Below, one piece after another: positions 23,285 to 35,361 of a stretch of 64,000 bases of DNA. The stretch spans positions 930,001 through 994,000 of the forward strand of contig OZ076416.1 in assembly GCA_964187785.1 (NCBI GenBank), in the 5' to 3' direction. The first letter of the stretch is position 1. The number at the start of each line of letters is the position of its first letter. The DNA is from Amphiscolops sp. MND2022 (lineage: Eukaryota). The notes under the pieces were generated by a model, which saw only the letters and a list, made by a program, of their open reading frames with translations, made no database searches and had not been told where the DNA came from. The position numbers and the translations under genes were made by a program.

Positions 23285-26000
23285 ATGATTTGGGCGGGTG
23301 TAGCAACTGTAGTCCGACTGTTCACGCGTAGCACGGATTAAAGTAGCGAACCTAGTACGTCTGACGCTACCGATCCGAGCGAACTGCAAGAGATAAGCTC
23401 GACCCAACGCGAAAGCTCAGATACTATTAGTCAGGTGAGTCTGATAGAATGGCCACCCACGAAATCATTATAGACTGGTTCCTCCTTGTCAGAAGCAATG
23501 AGTGACAGTGTTACTGCCGGCGAGAAGCGCAGCAACGGCAAGAAGAGCAGAATGCTATGGCCTTAAACTCACCCCTATCGGAAGAACTTATCCGCACAGG
23601 ACAGTGGATCCAAGACAACAAAGGCGAGTTGGCATCACCTCAAACAGCTGGGTTGTGGCCCAACTCCAACCAAACGGCAGCGGAGGAGACCTCTGTACGC
23701 GCTGGGTGCTCAGGAACACCCAAGAACAACGACATCCCAGCTAGTAAAGATACCGACGCAATCTTGGAAGGCATGACTTATGTCGGTGGGCTGAACTATG
23801 CAAAGTATCGTCTGGAGTCTTGTCGAGCGAAAACCTCCGACAAGCAAAGAGCACGTCCCCCAACATTGTGTGTACAAGATGCAAGCGGAAGCTGAAGCCC
23901 AACGAGCTCTAGCACGTCTGGCCGACACTAGTGCCGAATGCAATGAACAGCACAAGGTCATGACTGCAGAATTGGAAGCCCTGCGTAAAAGGTAGCCTGA
24001 GGAGCGCGACCCAGCAGACCACAGTGCAAGCTGCGAAAGTGGACGCCATGGGCTATCGTCTGGAGTAGATGAAGGACTTCTTTCTCCACCGCGCACTCCG
24101 CGTGGAAGCAAGACTGGCTGAACTCAGTGACCAGATACGTACTCAAAGTGGTGCTGTTTCTCACACAAGAACTCCAGAGGTAGAGCAAATCGAAGTTGCC
24201 GAACCTATTGAGTCCACGAGTAAGATGGTGCCTATGCGCACCCCTAACCCGTCAATAACACTAACAACAAGCCCCAAAACGCAGCCCAAAGTGGTCATAT
24301 TGCCACCGATAAACAAGAGAGCTACAAAAGTGCACGTGTGCACGCCCAACCCACTCAGCGATATACCAATGCCATCGATGACGTCGCTGACCCGAACCCG
24401 GGATCAGGGAGTAGACCCAATGCCGATCACGTCGTCGACCTTTGACCTGGCTGACACAAGAGCAACTGCTAGCTGACGCACTAGCAGCACAAACGATGAA
24501 GCCTACGTTACCGCCAGGATGAGAACTGTTGGGACCAATTCAATGTTCTTGACCGCGAGCGAAGGAATGCTCACAGGCAAGCCTCGCGCCAGCAGTACTC
24601 GCAAGAAAGACAACGCGAATGGTGCACTATCCGTGCAAGCGACTAGAGGCAGCCAAGACAATTCTCCAGCCCCTAGTGAGGGAGAGGACGTGATATCCCC
24701 AGAGCAGCTGCGATTCACCGCCGCCATTTCAAAGGCAATGTCCAAAGAAATGGCCCCTCTGCTGGCTGGACGTGACCAAACTCAGGCTAGGCCTAGCGTC
24801 TATAGAGGATCCAAGGAAGGTTCCATTGATGGTTGTATCCTCGTGATGCGACGTTATTTACAGCGTACGCAAGCCAAGGCAACTCCTGACGATGAAGCCT
24901 GGAGCATTATCGGACACCTGGAAGGTGAGGCTTGCAATTACATCATCAATAAAGCCGAGTCTGAAAGGCATACCCCCGAAAAGTATTCGAATTGCTGGCT
25001 AGTCGATTTGGGACTGGAGGCAACCGCATGCAAAGGCGCCAAGCCTTCACTACCCGGCAGCAATCCGATAGAGAAGATTGGATGCAATATTTGGACGCTA
25101 TGGAGGGGCTTCGAAGCCAAGGTTTTCCCGAAGAGCCCGATACAACCAAGCGTTACGAGATCCACCAGCGCTTCATTGAGGGCATTCGTGATCCCGTCTT
25201 ACGAAGGGAATTGTCCATCATTTATGCATCCTAGACCACTGTCAGCGAACCTCCCAAAGTAGAATCCTTGCGATATACGACCCGACAATTGCAGCCTACT
25301 AGATCCAAGTCTGCATCGTATGACCCCAGGTATGCCATGAGATAAAGGCCTCATCCCTTTGCACCATCACCACCCAACAAGATGGTGTTTCCTCGAGGGG
25401 TTCTACCACCCCCTCCTGCTAATAACGCCCCAACAAATCCGGTGGTAGCACCACCTGTCGCACGCCTTCCACTAAGCGCTTGTTTCAACTGTGGTCTGAC
25501 TGGCCACTTCGCTCGAAATTGCCCCCATCGCGACCAGGCTTGCAAACCTGCAGCTGCGCCAGAACCAGAAGGAGTAAAAACAACTGCTGAAGAAGTGACC
25601 GATGGAATTCTGGATAACTATCCTGGAATTCGCCAATGCGCTCACTGTGGGATATTTGACCATGTTGATTCACCGTGCACTGGAAATCTTGTGATTCCAA
25701 ATCAAGAACTTGCTCACAATCCCTGGGCAGAGGTAGAGTCGGCCGGGGTCGCTGCCCAAACAGTGCCACCAGAGGATGACCGTGTGCTAATGCTACACCC
25801 AGCGGAACCACCCGCGTTCTACACCCCACTGACTATCACCTGCGGTACCAAGCAAGTCCAAATCTGCCTAGAACCAACCACGTTCGACCCTCAGGGACGA
25901 ACGTTGATCTCTATTCACCTGATGTTGGCTGCAGAACAATTGCGTCGACCAACATTAACATCAGCCAAACTTTGGGTTGAACTACAAGCCCTGTACAAGC
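23285..26000 (+). pseudogene. gag: Gag of element B (fragmented)
   Basis: Capsid-like ARPSVYRGSKEGSIDG...RQQSDREDWMQYL. Knuckles CFNCGLTGHFARNC and CAHCGIFDHVDSPC. Start at 23285 and the end coordinate are approximate. Confidence 0.8.
23432..23440 (+). promoter_or_regulatory. Candidate major splice donor near the gag start of element B
   Basis: CAG|GTGAGT consensus donor, phase 0 relative to ATG 23285. Confidence 0.5.
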
Positions 26001-26199
26001 GCGTGGAAATACACCGCCCCAAGGAGTGGGATGCCCCAGGGGATTCCGACACTCTCACAACCTATTCTCCCGTGCCTATCTGCGCGACTATGGATGGAGT
26101 AGATGTGAGGTTTGAAGCCTGCGTAGTGGTAGACGTCTTTCCTCCCGGAACCTGCTTGGGCGCGCAGGAACTCAAGTGTTACAACATAAATCATCAAGA

Positions 26200-29100
26200 A
26201 CCTACTGGTGAGGCACGGATAGACGAGCGCTCCTCACTCCACTCGTAGTCTGCTTTCTCGTGCCCCAGGCGGCACCAATCCCTCTGCGAGGACTCGTTGA
26301 CACAGGGTCTGGCGTATCTATCCTAACCTTCTCAGCTTTCAACCGTACAGCCGCTCAAACAGTCACTGTACTGAAACCGTACCAAATTGACTTGTATGCC
26401 GCCAACGGCAAAACAATCAAAACCTTTGGGTTGGCAGAACAAATCCGCTTCCAGTTAGGAGGCTACGAATTTGAAACCAACTTCGTCGTGGTGGATGATG
26501 CCCTGGGCGTGGAGGACTTCCTGCTAGGACGTAACTTCCTCCGAACCTACCAAGTGCTCGTGAATCTAACCTCCATGAAGATTGTGGTCCGCGCGCCAGT
26601 GAAACCTGTTTGGCATCATGCACATACACAGGTAGGTGATGCTTCCGTAGCCACTCCCGTCGCTTTAGACAGCGATTTGGTTCTACAACCATTCGAACGA
26701 ACGGTGATCAAAGCCAAATTGGTCACCAGTGATCTTTAACCGTTGATATTCCAAAATGTGATATTAAATGCGGCAATAGCTGATATACCGCTGCAAAACA
26801 TTGTGTTTTTAGAGGACAGCGTTGCCACTGTCAGTGAAGCAGGCCATGTTTTTGTCAGCTTGCTAAACTTGACCAGTAACCCACAACGGATACGAAGAGG
26901 AACCCAACTGGGCAACGTAGTTCCCGTATCACTGGTCTATCGGGCAATCCCACAACAGTCTACACCTCAACCCACCCAACGAACTAAGGTCGATAATGAC
27001 CAATTTGCGTTTGTTAACAAGATTTATGAAGAGATGAATTACGATACTAATTCACAATTACCTTCTTCTTCTGAATTCGAGTTTTTGTCCTCAACAGATC
27101 CCACCGAGGAAGGTCTTTCAGAACGCGGGGTACGTAAGCGTACGGATCCCGAACTCATGACTCCAGTACAGGGACCTGAGTCACAGCTTAAAGAGGTCCA
27201 GAACCTATGGGGTCCCAAAGCCAGCGCCTCACTAGAAAACATTTTAACCGAATTTGACGATTTGTTCATGAAACACAAGCTGATGTTGGTCGATGCACCA
27301 AAGCCAAACATCCCGTTGAAATAGAACCAGGTGCAGTACCCCACCGTGAGGGTGCAAGACGCATAACCCCGAAAAAGCAGAACGTTCCAATCAGGAGGTA
27401 CGTAATTTGCTCGCATTGGGCATGATTCAGCCCTCCCTGTCACTTTGGGCGAGCGGGATAGTCATGGTCAAGAAAAAGAATGGCGAGTTACGCTTTTGTT
27501 GTGACTTCCGCCCTTTGAATGAAGTTACCGTCAAAGATGCGTATCCATTGCCTCGGATAGAGGAAAGCATCGCCAGGCTGGGCAAGGCTAAGATCTACAC
27601 CAGTATAGATCTAGCTTGGGCTTTCTGGCAAACCCCTGTCCGAAAGGCCGACCGGTAAAAAACTGCCTTCGCCTGCGAGCTAGGATTGTTTGAATGGCGA
27701 CGCATGCCCTTTGGGATGTGCAATGCCTCCGCCACCTTCCAAAGAACGATGGCCCGGGCGCTACGCAAGATCGTGAATCGTGAAGGTAGCATGGTGATGG
27801 CCTACATCGATGCCATTGTTATCGCCACAGAAACAGTTGAGGGTCACATGGTACGTCTTCGTGAAGTTTTTGAATGTTTGCGTGAAGCTGGCTTCAAAAT
27901 GAGAGTTGCTAAATGCGACTTCATGAAGTCTGAGATCAAATACTTTGGTCGCGTAGTGTCAGCAGAAGGAATAGAACCCGATCTCAAAGCTACGTGACTG
28001 GGAATTTCCGCGTACCAAAACAGAGATACAAAACTTCCTAGGCTTTACCAACTACTACCGCGAATTTATTCCTTGGCACGCCAAACTGGTGGCTCCCTTG
28101 CATGCGATCACCGGCATCAAAGCCACTTTTGCCTGGGGATCTGAACAGCAATTGGCTTTCAACGAAATAAAAAAAGCACTCATCGATGCCACCGCTCTTG
28201 CGCAACCGGATTCCGAAGGAGAATTTGTGCAGGATACTGATGCCAGTGCTGTCGCAATTTTAGGCATTCTTCATCAGTGGCAAGGCCCACCGGGAGAAAG
28301 GCGCCTACGCCCCATTGTGTATGGCAGCAAGAAGCTTACTGCCACCCAAGCCAAATACGGAGCACCGAAGCTAGAATTGTACGCGACATATCTTTTCATT
28401 ATCAAAAACCACAGCTACTTGTCTCCACGAAAGTTCACATTGAGAGTGGATAATCAAGCATTTTCATGGCTAAAAACGTACTCCACGGATCAAGCTCTCA
28501 TTGGTAGGTGAATCAAGGCATTGGAAAAATACCATTTCCGTGTCGAACATCGACCACGAACACAACATCGCAATGCCGATGGTTTGTCCATACGCACCAA
28601 TGATTGACGACGGAGAGAACGACAGCTTGAAAAACTACCACCAGTTGCCGAACGTTGGAATTTCCTATCCCAAGATAAGTAGGAACGGCTCCCCACCGCA
28701 CCTTGGTTTGATCAGCAAGGACGGTTGATTCCCAATCATCCCGAGTTACCGATACACTTGAAAAATCTACAACCAAACCCCCCTGATCTGGTTCAACGCG
28801 TGATTCGTCGCTCAAAACGAGCAAAGAGACGAGCTAAACGGAACGAAGCCTTACACAGTCCACTACCCTCACCGCCACCTCCTATTCTACACGCCCACGA
28901 GGTTTTCCATCCCGATTACCCGGAGGATTGGATAGATGTCACTGAAGAAGCCAGACATGATTACTTACTACCCACGCACGCAACCAATATTGCCTCACGA
29001 ACCACCTATGACTTGGCCAACACCGAAGGCGCGGCACTACAAAAAGAGCTTACTCACATCAAGCAGGCAGTAATGGCTATTCGCAGTGTGAATACTGAGC

Positions 29101-32100
29101 TCCAGGAACATACCCACACTGTCAATGGGATCAAGGACCTGGTGCTAGCTCAAAACAGAGACGTTCATGTCCTAGCGCTCAAAAAGTTGGTCCATGGGGA
29201 AGGCATAAGTCAAGACATCTTTCCTGAAGATGTACGTACATTTGCCCGCAACTTCTTCAAACAAAAGAAGGAGTTACTGTTCTTGAACTCGAATGGTTTC
29301 CTCTGTGTAAAATACCCGCCTTCACAGCGTCCGCTCCACGAGCGACCCGGCTTGGTTGTAATGCCTCAGTTTTACCGACACGAGATCCTTTTTCGGAATC
29401 CTAGTCATAATTGATCACTTTTTAAATTTCGCCGAAGCCATCCCATGCAGTCATAACGAGTATGACGACATTACCACTTCCCGAGTATTGCTTCAGAAGT
29501 GGTTCGCTCGTCATGGTACACCCATCCGGATGCAATTGGACAATGCTCCGAATCTAACGGCTGAAGTCTCCAATGAGTTTATGAAGGCCTCTCAGGTCAC
29601 CAAGGTAACCTCCACAGCTGGCCATCCACGTACGCAAGGTTTAGTGGAACGCCAAAACCCTACTTTGCTCACATTGTTACGTGTTTTCTGCTCGCGTCGA
29701 ATGCGCGACTGGGACCGGCATCTGGATGAGGTCCTTGGTGCTTACAATTCTACACGCCATGCAACCACAGGCTTCTCACCCTACATGTTAACCAGAGGTA
29801 CAGAAAAGGCAATACCTCTCACATATTTGTACCCTGAGTTTGCCACCCAGCCTTTTCCTACACACGACGCGTATGTAGACCATGTGTTGGCGCGCCAACA
29901 GGAAACTCATGATCTGGTGCGTAAGACACACACCAAGCTCAGCTGCGGCAGAAGCTTAAAAATGACCGCGCAATAAGGGTCAAAGCCTACGCGAAAGGCG
30001 ATTTGGTTTGGGTTTTCTGTCGGTATGTTCCCCAAAAGGGTTCCCCCAAACTAATGCGTGGTGCACACCCTGCAAGATGGACGTGTTAACATACTCGACA
30101 CAGACCAAAAGGTCCACTTTGAGTGCCGCAAACCGCATAATAGTGGCCCCCTTGAATTCGTCGCCACTCCTCTTGACGCCGGCGACGTAGCCGTGGTCAT
30201 GGACCGGGAGCCTGAACACTCTATAGAACCCATTAATGATGACTGTTCTAAACTTTCCTATAAATCTAAGCAACTACTTTCAGAGGCTTCGAATGCTTCG
30301 TTACCTTCTCGTCAGCGTCACTTGATGGATACGCGACTGCGCACAAAGCTGCGCGCCGGAGGAACCTGCCAGCATTACCAACAATTCGACTACTCCACAT
30401 CCGACACAGACAAAAAGACGCATGACGAGATGCTTCCCATTCCCACCTACTCACCACAACAAATTCAAACCCAACCCCATCCTGAAGCAATCACCGACCC
30501 GTTGGCACATGGCTTGTTTTCAGATGAATCAATGCTCAGCTGCCTCCCGCAACTGTTTTCCGATCATGAGCCAAAGCGCTTCCCTTCACCACACATTTCA
30601 CAGTCAAGTAAAACTCCGGAGCTATCCCCAATGGGTAACTCTGCTCCGTTGCTGACTCAACCCTCCTTGACCGACTACCTCAGCAACAATCCTCTTTGGC
30701 CGAATCATGCCAAAGATTCCACTTCGCCTTCCCGTCCATCTCCACCTTCAGAATCTTTATCCTCGGCCAAGTCACCACAACCTCCACCCACCGCTCTTTC
30801 TATCAAAAGGGGGAGACCTCGGAAGAAAACCCATCAGCAAAAAACCAAGGGCAAAATAGTGCCCAAAGCACGAAAACTAAAACCGGACACCCAAACGGAG
30901 TCTCAGAACCGATACCAACTGAGACACAAACGACAGCCCAGATACAAATGTGGCACATGTGGCCTACGCGATTGCGTGCGCGTGTTGGCAATGAATGAAA
31001 AACGGGATGTTCCCACTGGAGCCCGGGTAGCCCCCCGGGAGGGTCGGCAACATACCGAACTAGTTCATCGCATCATCGTACGAGCAGAAAACACCTTCTT
31101 TGGGGTGGAACGAACTGAAAAATACTCAGTCGAGACAATTTTGCAACGAATCGCTGTACCGGGCGTTGCAAAAGCACCATGCCCCCAGTTCAAAGAATAG
31201 ACCGGCGATGGCAAGGGCTTAGAGTTCACGTTAGCCACTGTGGTACCTTCCAGCATTGTGTTCGGACCATTTAATTTTGAAAGAGAACCGGTGCAAATGG
31301 CCAGGTGCATCACTGCTGACCTATTACTTGATCGGTATGGAGTGGAAGTGGAACCAGGCGGTGTCTACAGCCCAGCCCCATACTGGTGGCTCATGGTAAC
31401 CGCTTCCCGCGTTGACGCGTTAGTGGATCCGCAACATTTGCTACAATGCTTAGAAAGTCTCAGGACCTCCACAACAGAAAACCTGATCCTTGTTTCCACT
31501 TGATAGATTGGTATCGAGGCAAGGTGAAGTTCCGTTGGTAATTTGAGTTGATCATCACGTGTTTCACTGACTATCCGCGAATCCGTTTGTTGGAGGAAGG
31601 AATCCATACTTTTGAGGAACCCCTACAAGTCAAAGCAGCGATAAGCACGCTGGACACCTGGGTTCGAGCGAACGTAGACAACCAAGCACTACCACGCTCT
31701 GTATGGCAGGATCTAGCTGAGATACAAGGTCGTACACCAGGTGTGTGTATTCTCGAGGACAATGAACCTGGTCGAGAAATAGTGTATCCAGGTAATCTGC
31801 CTCCTGACGCAGTACAATATATCTCATACGATACCACTGTTTTTTTACAAGCCGAAGGACACCTTGCCTTGACATGTCCAGCGGACTTGGAAACGAGTTC
31901 GGCAGCAACACGGTACATCTTGCAGGAATGCAGCAAAGAGCAAGTGTTCACATTACGCCCGCAAGTCGCAAAAGTACCTACTCTGACCCCCACGATTACC
32001 AGTAAACCCAACGAAACAATACACCTACTGATCACACGCGCAATTCAGCGTGCGCCGTTAAAAGCTGATGACTTCCTACTATGCTTGAGGAAGTTGGTGG

Positions 32101-32309
32101 CATGGTTAGAGGATGAGGGAATTTCTCAGATCCACTTCACCATACTGGACCCTGAAAGACCAGTATTTTCACTAACTAACCTGTATCGGGTGATAATGGA
32201 CTTGTTCGTAGACACGAACATACACGTAGTACTGCACAACCGCGTGTACGTGTCTATTCTAGGCAATGAAGTGGGTGTTAGACCACCTTGTTGCCATCTC
32301 CCAAACTAA
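26200..32309 (+). pseudogene. pol: Pol of element B: PR, RT, RNase H, INT (HHCC region deleted), long C-terminal extension
   Basis: LVDTGSGVS. RFCCDFRPLN, YTSIDL, MPFGMCNA, YIDAIV. QDTDAS, KLEL, RVDNQA. MQLDNAPN, LVERQN. Extension continues to the stop at 32309. Confidence 0.93.
31260..32250 (+). other. Two tandem degenerate macrodomain-like units at the Pol C-terminus of element B
   Basis: MARCITADL..EPGGVY..WLMVT..LLQCLESL and LALTCPADL..RPQVAKV..IHLLITR..LLCLRKL..DLFVDTNIHVVLH follow the TARG1/Poa1p macro pattern in order and spacing. Alignment by eye. Confidence 0.65.
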
Positions 32310-32526
32310 AGGTAGCCGTGAACCACGGTTATTTTAGATAATTTTACTCTGCTGTACACTTTACTTAAACATTAGTTACTTCATTTAAACCCTATAAAGC
32401 ATGCCTTCAGCATTCCTGTATTTTGTTCATCGTTGACTTTAATGATGTTTTTCATTGACGAATTCCCTTATGGAACCGGTTTTAACAAGGCTTTAATCAG
32501 CATCCGCATAATGGCTTTAACGAGTA

Positions 32527-32536
32527 CCTCTTTTAG
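32527..32536 (+). promoter_or_regulatory. Candidate splice acceptor in front of ORF2
   Basis: CCTCTTTTAG lies exactly 12 nt (4 in-frame codons) before the ORF2 ATG. The same geometry occurs at 58712 and 60057 in element C. Confidence 0.65.
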
Positions 32537-32548
32537 ACCCATGATAAG

Positions 32549-34262
32549 ATGACATACCATCACACGGCCTCTGCAGCTACGCCTGCCCAACCCCAACCCC
32601 AACCCAATCAAAACGCTGTTCGAACTCAGCGAGTTAATCAAGTGCAGTTCATTGAGGAGAGACTGCGCAACGGCATTTCAACGGCAGCTGTGGCCGGGAT
32701 CACTGCTCTCCTAGCACAGTTAGAGACACAGCCCACCCTACCCTGTTGAGCTGTATCCATAGTAGCCGATGTGGCAGGGTACAAGGGTACCACGACCTGT
32801 CGAAATGGAGTATGGGATGGTTATGACCTAACCCACCCTTTCCGAGACGACAGATTTACTGCAGTGAGAGGCCTCAGTGTACAAACAACCGTTGAACAAG
32901 AGGCTACTCTGCGAATTCCGCTTGCAAATGTGCCCATGCCACAACCTTTAACCCCGGCACATCTAGTGATTCAGCCTCATCCGCCGATACACCCGCCCTC
33001 GGGAACTCAGCCGATGTATTTGCCGAGTGCTCAACCAATAGCACCATCCTCAACCCAAGCAGCGCCCGATGTTAGTGCTCCCGCAGCCCATGCGCCGCAT
33101 ATGGTTCTTAGCGCCACCCCACGATTAGAGTAAGAAAGCGGCACTTCCAGAGAACAATCCATGCAGTCCTCCGCACCACCCTCCATGCGGTCAGGCGTAA
33201 CTGCACCTGACATGTCACACAGAACCCCTAGCGAATAAGCTGTAATCCAAGCATTGCAGGCAGTAGCAAATTACCCCGAATCCAGGGATTTCGTGGAAAC
33301 AGTATCTAGGCAAATGCCAGGGTTGCAGAATCTTTTGGGAACCAGAGGACAACAAGAAGATTGCCTGACTACGAGAGAAGGTCAAGGTCCAAGCACCGAT
33401 CCACTCACTCCTGGTACCAGCGCGACCAGAAACCGAGCACCCTCGCCAATACCTGGATTGTCACCCGTCTCTGATGAGGAACTTGGCCGCAAAAGGGCCT
33501 CGCTACACGGGCTGACTCAGTCGGTTGGCAACAGCGATAGACCAACGAGCCGTCCTCCGCCAGACAAGCGAAACAGTGTACTACGCTCTGTGGTGATTCA
33601 AGAACCACCAAAAGTGGGCTATCATAGAATGTCCAAACCCCAGATGACAATGAAAGAAGTAATGGAACGATATGCCCCGAGTCCCGCATCCGTGCCAGAA
33701 AGTACTGACCATTCCGTGCACTCGAGTTCCTCGAATGCAAAGTCTGGGAAGAAATTTACGGGCCCACCGTATTATCCACAATCGGATAATGTATCAGGAT
33801 CTGTGGTAACAAGAGATGCTAATCGCATCTGGCAAATCGCCCCTAAACTGAACGAGCGAAAGTACCGTGACCGCCAAAGAGTACCGCCAACTAGCACCCA
33901 TCAAGCGCAGCTGCGAAAGTTATCGATAATCGCCCATTTGTCACGAACTTTGCGCCCCTTCGACGCCAATACAGGCGAAGCAGCTTGGGAACAACGATAA
34001 ATTAGACGATTGACAACAGCTGACGACAACTATCTTTGTCCCATGCAAAACAATCTGCACGAACAATGCAACGCCAGATACTCGCTACGGCCACGTGAAA
34101 CCTGGGAAACCCACAGCCAGTACCCCAGGAACCTGAAAGCAATGAAGCCAATGTCGAAAGAGGCAATTCAGCGCACACGTTACTGCGTAATGATTGATTC
34201 AACCGTCCCATGCGACCTTCCTCTTGACAACGTCAGTCCTGAAGTACTGGTCGTAACCATGC
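32549..34262 (+). pseudogene. Extra ORF (ORF2) of element B, 5' part
   Basis: Track ORFs 32549, 32771, 33254 and 34010 are collinear with the element C ORFs 57536-58699 and 57082-57582 (QRVNQVQFIEERLR vs QRVSQAQYIEERLR; WDGYDLTHPF vs WAGYDLTHQF). Confidence 0.85.
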
Positions 34263-34808
34263 TGTTTTGGGGTAGCTCTCGAGCTATGACAGGGGAACTC
34301 AAGAAAGCGTTCAAACTAAAAAAAAATTGAAGGAACTCAAAGATAAAGTTCAAACTATTATGATTTGGGTCTTGACTCAAGACAAGAGATCTATGTTTGA
34401 GAATGTTTATTGACGGTATGAATGATAAACGAAAGAAGAGATGTGAAGATTTGAAGACTGGTTGTTGACCGGTTGTTAGGAAACGTAAATGACATTTATA
34501 GCCCGAGGGCAACAAAAATGTTTTAGCAGGTTGTTTATATACGTTTACACTATTGAGCATTTGAGCGGTGAATAAGTGATCATCAATCGATAAATATTAC
34601 AAATGAGAAAGGAGAATTTTTATTAATGTCAAATGTCAAGTAAAGTGATTGATCAAGTATTAAAGGTCAAAAAATGACCAAACAAAGAAACAAAAAAGAG
34701 CACTGTCGCAGATTCGAGCTCGCGCAGACCGATTCTAAGGCAAAGACTGATCCACTCTGCTAAGTGGACTGATAATTACTGCGATCATTGTGATGTCATG
34801 CGCCAACA
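34263..34808 (-). repeat. 3' LTR of the BEL element (546 bp)
   Basis: Direct repeat of 41677-42220. Confidence 0.95.
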
Positions 34809-34959
34809 TCCCGCCGGCCATGAAGTATCAGCTTCATTGAGTATATGGTTAGCACTCGTGCTAATACAGTTTGAAAGAATACGAATAGCTACCACTCGAT
34901 AATAACACAAATAATAAATGTCATGAGTTTGAGTTTAAAGAAGACAAAATAGAATTTTT

Positions 34960-35031
34960 GTTTTTCGGGGATTCGAACTCCAGACCTTCTGATGGGGGAA
35001 TATTGAAATCACCACTGCACCATCATCGTCC
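34960..35031 (-). ncRNA. tRNA-like Pol III unit 2 in the BEL 3' UTR
   Basis: A box TGGTGCAGTGG (35022-35012), B box GTTCGAATC (34978-34970), T-run about 20 nt downstream. Confidence 0.55.
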
Positions 35032-35246
35032 ATAAAGGGATTGGGTATACTTCGGGTAATTGAGTTGGAAGTGTGTAATTGCAGAAAAATTTAAAACATT
35101 GGCTGGCTTCTTTTATTCTTCTCTTTACACACTAAACCTCCTCCCTCGCCCCCCTCCCTTCATCCCCCCGTGAGGAAGGAAACCAGATCTGAACAAAGTT
35201 CCCTTAGGAAATTGGGAACCTACTCACCAGAGGTGAGGTAGGAGTG

Positions 35247-35335
35247 TGGGCGTGAGCAGGGCTCGAACCACCGACCTGGCGGTCATCTAATGATCTAACT
35301 GTTGCCTTAACGTTTGCCACTAAGCCACAACACGC
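35247..35335 (-). ncRNA. tRNA-like Pol III unit 1 (or SINE head) in the BEL 3' UTR
   Basis: A box TGGCTTAGTGG (35327-35317), B box GGTTCGAGC (35269-35261), ends GCGTG...CACGCCCA. Confidence 0.6.
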
Positions 35336-35361
35336 AATTTCTTTGTCATTTATGCTGCTAC

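Noticed and set aside
34693-35335. Calling the A/B-box units functional tRNA genes
   Set aside because: No clean anticodon stem-loop could be folded, so they are reported only as tRNA-like.
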